Virus record (IMG/VR): IMGVR_UViG_3300020388_000036
Coordinates: 1 to 33,625 of that record
Source of the DNA: a virus
Taxonomy: Duplodnaviria; Caudoviricetes
Direction: 5' to 3' (one strand)
DNA length: 33,625 nucleotides
Positions 1 through 5,827 of the stretch are shown piece after piece. The notes beneath the pieces are model-generated. The model ran no database searches. It saw nothing but the letters and a program-made list of their open reading frames with translations, and was not told the DNA's origin. Positions within the stretch are counted from its first letter, which is position 1. Each line of letters begins with the position of its first letter. A program made the position numbers and the translations under genes.

Positions 1-275
1 TTTCGTACTACTATTATACTATTAATATTCTACTATGCAACTAGTTCTTGCCATTGTTTTGAACCTAGTGCTTTAGCTACTTCATCTTCTCTACGCTTAC
101 GAATAGCGTGTCCACGCTCTCCGTCAGTATGAGTAGACCAATAAGTCATAGCATTGTATAACGCCCATTTTGTATTACCAAGTGTGCGACTCTCACGCTC
201 AAAACCTTCAAGTAATGTTTCTGTTCTCGTTACATTGAATGGTATTGAGTTAGATGAACGCTTGAATGTTTTAGC
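1..275 (+). repeat. Terminal direct repeat, copy 1 (imperfect match to 33351-33625)
   Basis: Colinear with 33351-33625 without gaps; I count 12 substitutions (positions 42, 68, 93, 105, 147, 149, 168, 175, 183, 186, 192, 198). Confidence 0.97.
13..40 (-). promoter_or_regulatory. Candidate sigma70-type promoter reading leftward (second copy at 33363-33390)
   Basis: Minus strand reads TTGCAT (40-35), 16 nt spacer, TATAAT (18-13). In the circular map it lies just upstream of the gene starting at 33340. Confidence 0.5.
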
Positions 276-893
276 TACAGTTTGTTCTAAGAATCTTTGA
301 ACAGAATGACCACTTAATCGTATGGTTGCCCATTCAGAATACTCTTGACCACTGTCTTTGAAGAAATGAAACCCTGTCAAAACACGCTCTTTGATACTTT
401 GAATATTAACTTTTGTTGTATGTTTAAAGCGTAATGTAGAAGCATTGACAGGTGTTGTGCAACCATTCATACACCACAAGCGTAAGCCATCACAGATTGT
501 AGCGAATGCCCACGATTGGTCATATGAATTGAAGAAGTTGATACGAAACTTAATGATGTCATCTTTCTGTGGTTCAATGACAAGGTTGTCAAATGTTACA
601 GATCCTCGCATTTTTGCACCACCTTCAAATATTTTGATATCTGTTTTGTAATCTGTAATGCCTGTTTTATCAACACCTTGCATTACATTATCAACAACAT
701 CTCTGTGTGCTATAGGTTTGTATTTACTGCCGTGAATACCAAGAACTTGTCCGGTATCAGTACGAACACACGCTCTTGCCATATCACGAGGTACAGAATA
801 GTTTTGATTACCAAAATTATCTGTCCTGTTTAGTGCTTCAAGTTCCACCATTTCTGTTGGAAACTCGTAGTCTTGTTTAATATCATCTAACAT
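33..893 (-). CDS. DUF932/DUF945-like phage/plasmid protein
   Basis: Motifs VRTDTGQVLG..GSKYKPI, NSYDQS, RLWCMNG, FKHT and TKWALYNAMT match my recollection of DUF932. Start moved to ATG 893 because AAAGGAG lies just upstream. Confidence 0.75.
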   Translation of the reverse strand: MLDDIKQDYEFPTEMVELEALNRTDNFGNQNYSVPRDMARACVRTDTGQVLGIHGSKYKPIAHRDVVDNVMQGVDKTGITDYKTDIKIFEGGAKMRGSVTFDNLVIEPQKDDIIKFRINFFNSYDQSWAFATICDGLRLWCMNGCTTPVNASTLRFKHTTKVNIQSIKERVLTGFHFFKDSGQEYSEWATIRLSGHSVQRFLEQTVAKTFKRSSNSIPFNVTRTETLLEGFERESRTLGNTKWALYNAMTYWSTHTDGERGHAIRKRREDEVAKALGSKQWQELVA

Positions 894-927
894 ATTTACT
901 CCTTTGTTTTTATTTAGATTTATATTA

Positions 928-1191
928 TTATAGTATATCATACTTTTCCTTTCGTAAGAGATCAGCTAATCCCTTTGCTTGTTCTTTAAGTATGACTAGA
1001 GAAGTGGTGATGTGTTCAAAATTACTTTGCGAAAGCTGTTTACTTTCGCACGAATCCAACGCCACTTCTATTGCACCTATACATTTTGTGATTACCTTCA
1101 TTTCATACTCACATTTGATTAGGTACTGCAATGAGTAGAGTTCCATATTCTGTTCCCACTCATAGCGTTCTTCAAGTGCTTCTATTGCCAA
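928..1191 (-). CDS. Hypothetical protein (87 aa, TTG start)
   Basis: Strong RBS GGAGGTGA upstream; lies within the run of - strand genes. Confidence 0.7.
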   Translation of the reverse strand: MAIEALEERYEWEQNMELYSLQYLIKCEYEMKVITKCIGAIEVALDSCESKQLSQSNFEHITTSLVILKEQAKGLADLLRKEKYDIL

Positions 1192-1221
1192 TATATATCA
1201 CCTCCTTTTTGCTTTGTATTG

Positions 1222-1542
1222 TTACTTAGCAATCTTTTCTAATTCATCTACAGCGTGTGCAATTTCTTTCATACGCTCATCATATTCTGGTGCATACAAT
1301 TTGTTTTCTATTTCTAGTAGCGATAGATTTGTAAGATGTTCCATAACACCATAGTAATGTTGTGCTAAACCAAACTTACTGTGAGATATTAAATCATCAG
1401 CATATTTTGTCTGTATGACATCTTGATACTCGTTTGACATTGTTCTGAATGTATTGACACGATTGATCTCGTGCATAGTTTTTTGATGAACTTCCGTTTC
1501 ATAATGATGTTTCTCTTCATCAGCTTTAAGATATTTAGACAT
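1222..1542 (-). CDS. Hypothetical helical protein (106 aa)
   Basis: RBS AAAGGAG upstream of the ATG; plausible composition. Confidence 0.8.
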   Translation of the reverse strand: MSKYLKADEEKHHYETEVHQKTMHEINRVNTFRTMSNEYQDVIQTKYADDLISHSKFGLAQHYYGVMEHLTNLSLLEIENKLYAPEYDERMKEIAHAVDELEKIAK

Positions 1543-1601
1543 TCTATACTCCTTTGTTTAAAGTCTAATATAAGTGTAACTTGTTTGTTAGTCGTCAAGT
1601 A

Positions 1602-1918
1602 GGTACAAGCTACAAAACCTTAGTCCGTAATTTGTTTGTCCACTTTTCCGGTGGTAGCTTATATGTGGCATATGTTTACAGCTGACACACAAGCGTATAG
1701 TTGTAAATTGGTACAAACTACAAAACCGTTAGCCAAGCATAGGACTCAAACCTATTTAGTCTTGACCTGATTGCCGTGGAATCTTATTACCTAGAACCAC
1801 GCTATGCAATCATAGTGCAGGACTAATATGGGGAAGGATTTGTGAGTCCTGCATTACGAGTGCATATGTTGGGAGTGTGGTGATGATAGTGAAAAGGTTG
1901 CCACTTGTCCCACACTCC
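1602..1918. other. Non-coding region with tandem stem-loops and an 18-nt direct repeat (candidate structured RNA or ssDNA element)
   Basis: Stems at 1607-1613/1654-1660, 1675-1683/1699-1707, 1769-1779/1797-1811, 1813-1824/1845-1856 and 1872-1880/1910-1918. GGTACAARCTACAAAACC occurs at 1602-1619 and 1710-1727. Confidence 0.6.
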
Positions 1919-1923
1919 GTTAC

Positions 1924-2091
1924 TTATCTAGTATTATCAGCTAACCACCAGATTAACTGCTGTATCATTTTCATTCCGTAGTATAAACCAAACCCTGAAG
2001 CAAACAATGATATACCATTGAATACAGGATTTAGATATACAATAGCTACTAGAATGAAAATGACTACGAGTTTATCAACAATTAAAGACAT
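1924..2091 (-). CDS. Small membrane protein, 55 aa (not in ORF track)
   Basis: Hand translation MSLIVDKLVVIFILVAIVYLNPVFNGISLFASGFGLYYGMKMIQQLIWWLADNTR*; GGAGA RBS upstream; one or two hydrophobic segments. Confidence 0.75.
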   Translation of the reverse strand: MSLIVDKLVVIFILVAIVYLNPVFNGISLFASGFGLYYGMKMIQQLIWWLADNTR

Positions 2092-2105
2092 ATTATTATC
2101 TCCAT

Positions 2106-2135
2106 AAAAAAAGGGTAGCCATTTCTGACTACCCT
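2106..2135 (-). terminator. Intrinsic terminator downstream of the 164-aa gene
   Basis: Minus strand AGGGTAGTC-AGAAAT-GGCTACCCT followed by a T run, just after stop codon 2143. Confidence 0.8.
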
Positions 2136-2142
2136 ATAATTA

Positions 2143-2637
2143 TTATTTTTTTAGTGAATCAAGATACTTCTCAGCAGATTCTAACCTTTTGTTCTGCGAT
2201 TCAGTATTCTCTTGACTTGAGGACTTCGGTTCATATGGAAGAGACTCACCTGTGATATCTTTAAAGATGCCTTCCATCTCTTTCTGAAGTGCCTTGTATC
2301 GTTCAATCCAAACCTCGCTGTTTTCAACTTGGTCTAGCAGATAGCTGAATGGCTCAGATTTGGATTTCCTATCGTGGATTTGCTCAATCTTTCTTGCGAT
2401 TGAACCTTGATGGGAATAGATAACACTTGTCGGAAATTTACATAGTGCTCGTAGAATCCTCATCTGCTCAATGTGTGAGGAAGTAACCTTGACATTGCCT
2501 GGATTAACTGGCTTGGTCAAATCATCATCATCATTGGTGAATGGCTCTAAAACAGATGCAATCCCCTCAACACACGAACTAAGTGATTTAAAGTTAATAT
2601 CTTTTGAATGTATTTTTTGTGTATTTGATTTAGACAT
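2143..2637 (-). CDS. Orphan 164-aa protein encoded in the left arm of the inverted repeat
   Basis: Intact ORF with AAAAGGAG RBS and its own terminator; charged, helical-looking C-terminal half; no family recognised. Confidence 0.85.
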   Translation of the reverse strand: MSKSNTQKIHSKDINFKSLSSCVEGIASVLEPFTNDDDDLTKPVNPGNVKVTSSHIEQMRILRALCKFPTSVIYSHQGSIARKIEQIHDRKSKSEPFSYLLDQVENSEVWIERYKALQKEMEGIFKDITGESLPYEPKSSSQENTESQNKRLESAEKYLDSLKK

Positions 2638-2827
2638 ATTTACTCCTTTTTGTTAGTTAATATCAAAATCGCCACCCTTATAGGATATGTCTACACCTAC
2701 AACAACAATACACCATCCCAAGGAAGTATGACGACGATGGCCTGTCTAAAAAAATATATGCAACAAACCAAGGAGTAGGGGAATTTCCCCAGAAATTCAT
2801 ATTTTTATGCATCCCCAGATGCCTTAA

Positions 2828-3459
2828 AAATTGTCCTACGACTATGGGATTGTTAGTATATATTTATTTAGATGTATTCGTTGTTGTAGGTGTAGCACAT
2901 ATCCTATGGTGGCATAATGATTTTGATATTAACTAACTAAAAGGAACAGTAAATTGTCTAAATCAGATGCCAAAAAAACATTCATAAAGATATTAACTTT
3001 AATGAACGCCCCCCAACACACATACTCCATATATGGGGATTGCATCTGATTTAGAGTCATTCAACTGATGTTCTTTGATGATTTGCCGTTAATCCAAGCA
3101 ATGGAATGTTACAGCCGAACTGAGCAGATGAGGATTCAAGAGTACAAATTTCCGTCAGTTTATCAATTCCCGAATGTTCAATCGCAATAAAGTTGTTATA
3201 CAAATCCACGAATCCAAATCTGAGCAGTTTAGCTATCTGCGACCTTTTATGTTGTAAACAGGGAGTTTGCGATACAAGGCCGTAAGAAAGAATGGAAGGA
3301 AGATTTATCGCAGGGGAGGTCGCACCATATGAACCAAGTCCGACAAGAGAATCTGAATCACCAGAACAAAAGTATCTGCGAAGTTCTTGATTCACTACAA
3401 AAATTAATTATACATAGGTAGTCGGACTTGGCGTTTTTTAATGGGAGTAATCATATGTC
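2828..3459. repeat. Right arm of the inverted repeat: non-coding degenerate mirror of 2087-2786
   Basis: The + strand here follows the sense sequence of the 164-aa gene and its flanks in short blocks separated by indels. The RBS is interrupted (AAGGAACAGT), the ATG is lost and the frame is broken. Confidence 0.93.
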
Positions 3460-3510
3460 ATAACACAACGCCTTTCGGAGTATGTTGACTTTTTCAACGA
3501 TACTTGATAT

Positions 3511-3900
3511 ATGAAGAGTATGTCCGTTGCTAAACAAAAAGCAAACACGATTACTCCGAAAGCCCGAAAACTTGTTGATACGCTCGTAGCCTCTGGTTGT
3601 ACTATAACCGAAGCATCCAAAGTAGCAGGTTACAAGGGAAACAGTTCAAGAGTAAGTGCCTCCCGTATGCTACGAAAACCAGAGGTACAGCAGTATATGT
3701 TTGAGCAGATTCAGAAGAACCTTGGTATGTCCGCCGTCAAAGCACAACATAGACTACTTGACCTATGCAGTTCAGCTAAGTCGGAGTATGTACAGTTGGA
3801 AGCATCTAAGGACATATTAGACAGGGCAGGATTCAAAGCACCAGATAAACATCAGCACTTGGTCAAAGGAGATTTCAGTATTAACATAGACTTGAAGTAA
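3511..3900 (+). CDS. terS: Terminase small subunit
   Basis: HTH-like TITEASKVAGY...ASRMLRKPEVQQY followed by SEYVQLEASKDILDRAG, typical of TerS; first gene of the + strand block. The start may be ATG 3520. Confidence 0.8.
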   Translation: MKSMSVAKQKANTITPKARKLVDTLVASGCTITEASKVAGYKGNSSRVSASRMLRKPEVQQYMFEQIQKNLGMSAVKAQHRLLDLCSSAKSEYVQLEASKDILDRAGFKAPDKHQHLVKGDFSINIDLK

Positions 3901-4062
3901 CCCTGCCCTTGTCGTCAAAAGGTTTTCTGTATCTGTGCACATATGATTACTCAGCCAGATGGTGTTTTCTTGTCCTCCCTATTTCACCATAGGGGGGTTC
4001 AGAAAACAGATAGCTTGGCTGTATATATGTCCTACTCACTCATTAGAGTCTTTCAAGGTTCG

Positions 4063-4090
4063 TTGCATTTTTTTTTATTTCTGTTAAGGT
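4063..4090 (+). promoter_or_regulatory. Candidate sigma70-type promoter
   Basis: TTGCAT (4063-4068), 16 nt spacer, TAAGGT (4085-4090) preceded by TG-n; an ATG follows at 4097. Confidence 0.4.
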
Positions 4091-4096
4091 TCGGTT

Positions 4097-4144
4097 ATGA
4101 CTACATACATAATAATTAACATTTTGATCTGGGTGATATTCTAA
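4097..4144 (+). CDS. Putative 15-aa hydrophobic peptide (MTTYIIINILIWVIF)
   Basis: Its stop overlaps the next start (TAATG at 4142-4146); it has no RBS, so it may be leaderless. Confidence 0.4.
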   Translation: MTTYIIINILIWVIF

Positions 4145-4464
4145 TGCCTTCACCCGCTTGGACACGGAAAGCAGGTAAGAATCCTAAAGGAGGATTAAAT
4201 GCAAAAGGTCGTGCATCTTACAAGGCACAAACGGGTGGCACATTAAAAGCACCTGTTAAGTCAGGAGATAATCCAAGACGAGCATCTTTCTTAGCTAGAA
4301 TGGGAAATATGCCCGGCCCCGAAAAAGATAGCAAAGGTAGACCAACTCGTTTACTTTTGTCATTAAGAGCGTGGGGTGCATCAAGTAAAGAAGATGCACG
4401 GCGTAAAGCTAAAGCAATGTCAATACGATTGAAAAACAAAAAGAAAAGGAGCAAAAATGCCTAA
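4144..4464 (+). CDS. Basic phage protein (DUF6321-like)
   Basis: AWTRKAGKNPKGGLNAKGRASY...RRASFLARM...SLRAWG is a family I recognise from marine phages; the DUF number is from memory. Confidence 0.75.
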   Translation: MPSPAWTRKAGKNPKGGLNAKGRASYKAQTGGTLKAPVKSGDNPRRASFLARMGNMPGPEKDSKGRPTRLLLSLRAWGASSKEDARRKAKAMSIRLKNKKKRSKNA

Positions 4465-4516
4465 TAAAAAAATGCCTATAAAGAAAAAAAAGAAACCTAT
4501 GAAAAAGGGTTACTAA
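4457..4516 (+). CDS. 19-aa Lys-rich peptide (MPNKKMPIKKKKKPMKKGY)
   Basis: AGGAG RBS at 4447-4451; TAATG overlap with the next gene; exactly fills the gap between genes. Confidence 0.65.
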   Translation: MPNKKMPIKKKKKPMKKGY

Positions 4517-4704
4517 TGAAAGGCGTAAAACATTATACTAAAGCAGGAAAAGTTCACTCAGGAGGTTCTCATAAGATGCCGAATGGTGAACTCCATTCAG
4601 GAAAAACGCATAGTGCGTCTAGCAAAAAATTATTTCATTTTAAGGATCTCCCTAAAAACATACAAAGGAAGATACTTATCTTAGCTAAAAAAAGTAAAAG
4701 CTAA
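4516..4704 (+). CDS. Small basic His/Lys-rich protein
   Basis: HKMPNGELHSGKTH motif; TAATG coupling at both ends. Confidence 0.75.
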   Translation: MKGVKHYTKAGKVHSGGSHKMPNGELHSGKTHSASSKKLFHFKDLPKNIQRKILILAKKSKS

Positions 4705-5036
4705 TGGCTAACCTCGTAAAAAGATTGTTAGATAATAGTCTTAGTGGATTAAAATACGCTTTAGATAGAAAGCCACGAAATCAAAAAGAACACGATAGAT
4801 TATCACAAGAGTATCATACTATGTTTGGTTTAGGTAAATCATTACTTAGATTTACACCAAAGTACGGGTTTAACTCTGATGGAAGTGGCCCTGTAACTGA
4901 TAGACAATATAAACAAATGCAAAAAGTAAAAGCACGCCCTCCTGTTTCCAAAAAAAGATTAGGTATAAATAGACCAAGATCCCGAACAAGTTTAATGGGA
5001 GTAAACAATTTTTTACCAAGAAGAATATTGCGATAG
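4704..5036 (+). CDS. Hypothetical basic protein (110 aa)
   Basis: Translationally coupled to the previous gene; Arg/Lys-rich. Confidence 0.7.
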   Translation: MANLVKRLLDNSLSGLKYALDRKPRNQKEHDRLSQEYHTMFGLGKSLLRFTPKYGFNSDGSGPVTDRQYKQMQKVKARPPVSKKRLGINRPRSRTSLMGVNNFLPRRILR

Positions 5037-5070
5037 TTGACAAACTACAAAAAAAAGAAATAATAACATT

Positions 5071-5643
5071 ATGAAAGAATTTAGAAATATGACATATAGT
5101 CAAGCACTTCGCAAATACCCTACAAACTATAAACTTAGAGCAATGGGTAGGAAGTCTTTTGATAAAGAGTTTGGACAGACAGAGCAAAAAGGTAATAAAA
5201 CTGTTACTAAACTTAAAAATAATAAATTTCCAATGGCACCAAAAGGTAGAGTATTTCTTATTGCTAACAATCCTAAAGGTGGTACAGCAGGTGATTTTAG
5301 ATCAAAAGAAGGTCGTAGAATAGAAAAAGATAATAAACGATCTACATCAGATAAAGAAAGACGAATAGAAAAAGATAATAAACCATCTATAAAAAAGAAG
5401 GCAGACAAACCTGAAGCTAAAGCAAGACCAAACACACCAAAAAAAGAATTTGATAAACTTTCTTTTAATGAAAAAATAGATGCTTTAAATAGAAGTAAAT
5501 CAGAAAAAGATAATGAACGAGCAAGAAAAATGCGAGAGCAAATGAAAAAAGTTAAAGCACGACTCAAAGCTCGTAGAGATTTAAAAAACAAAAAGAAAGC
5601 AACGGTATCTGGTGCCAAAGGTAGAAAAGAAAGAAGAAACTAA
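5071..5643 (+). CDS. Hypothetical Lys/Arg-rich protein (190 aa) with internal RRIEKDNK duplication
   Basis: Long ORF in operon orientation; highly basic. Confidence 0.75.
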   Translation: MKEFRNMTYSQALRKYPTNYKLRAMGRKSFDKEFGQTEQKGNKTVTKLKNNKFPMAPKGRVFLIANNPKGGTAGDFRSKEGRRIEKDNKRSTSDKERRIEKDNKPSIKKKADKPEAKARPNTPKKEFDKLSFNEKIDALNRSKSEKDNERARKMREQMKKVKARLKARRDLKNKKKATVSGAKGRKERRN

Positions 5644-5827
5644 AGCACAAAGAAGAAGTGCAAAATTAGCAGAAGCAATGGTTCGCACAGAAAAAGCAGA
5701 CCTTGAATTGCACAGAATGAAACAAATCAAAGACTACGCTGAATACAAAATGATGAAAGGTCATTCAAAAGAAACGGCCTACCAAATGGCAAAGGCACAC
5801 ATTTTGAACAGTAATGACAAAGCGTAA
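5612..5827 (+). CDS. Hypothetical protein (71 aa)
   Basis: GTG start; overlaps both neighbours. Confidence 0.6.
   Translation: MPKVEKKEETKAQRRSAKLAEAMVRTEKADLELHRMKQIKDYAEYKMMKGHSKETAYQMAKAHILNSNDKA

Larger units (their letters stand above)
2087..2786. repeat. Left arm of large imperfect inverted repeat
   Basis: Reverse-complement blocks match the right arm, e.g. 2691-2706/2880-2895 (16 bp), 2652-2670/2919-2937 (19 bp), 2588-2604/2986-3002 (17 bp), 2454-2470/3121-3137 (17 bp), 2352-2366/3211-3225, 2152-2164/3385-3397. Confidence 0.95.

Noticed and set aside
1-275. Diversity-generating retroelement TR/VR pair with 33351-33625
   Set aside because: Mismatches are not adenine-specific, are mostly synonymous, and no reverse transcriptase is present.
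894-941. Upstream start for the DUF932-like gene given in the ORF track
   Set aside because: AT-rich intergenic-like sequence; the RBS sits in front of ATG 893.
1602-1727. CRISPR mini-array
   Set aside because: Only two 18-nt copies 108 nt apart; repeat and spacer sizes do not fit, and there are no cas genes.
1731-1768. Bona fide tRNA gene
   Set aside because: Lacks D and anticodon arms; kept only as a low-interest minihelix.
3057-3395. 112-aa ORF on the - strand within the right arm
   Set aside because: No RBS and atypical composition; it lies antisense to the mirror copy, so it is probably a chance frame. Not strictly excluded.
2954-3410. Right arm as a functional paralogue or ordinary pseudogene of the 164-aa gene
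   Set aside because: RBS and ATG are lost and frameshifts are frequent. Differences are indel-rich with no codon-position pattern, and non-coding flanks are mirrored as well as the ORF, which fits structural pairing better.
2087-3459. Fold-back sequencing or amplification chimera
   Set aside because: Amplification chimeras give near-identical arms. Here the arms are heavily diverged, the apex is structured and clean unique genes continue on both sides. Read-level confirmation is still needed.
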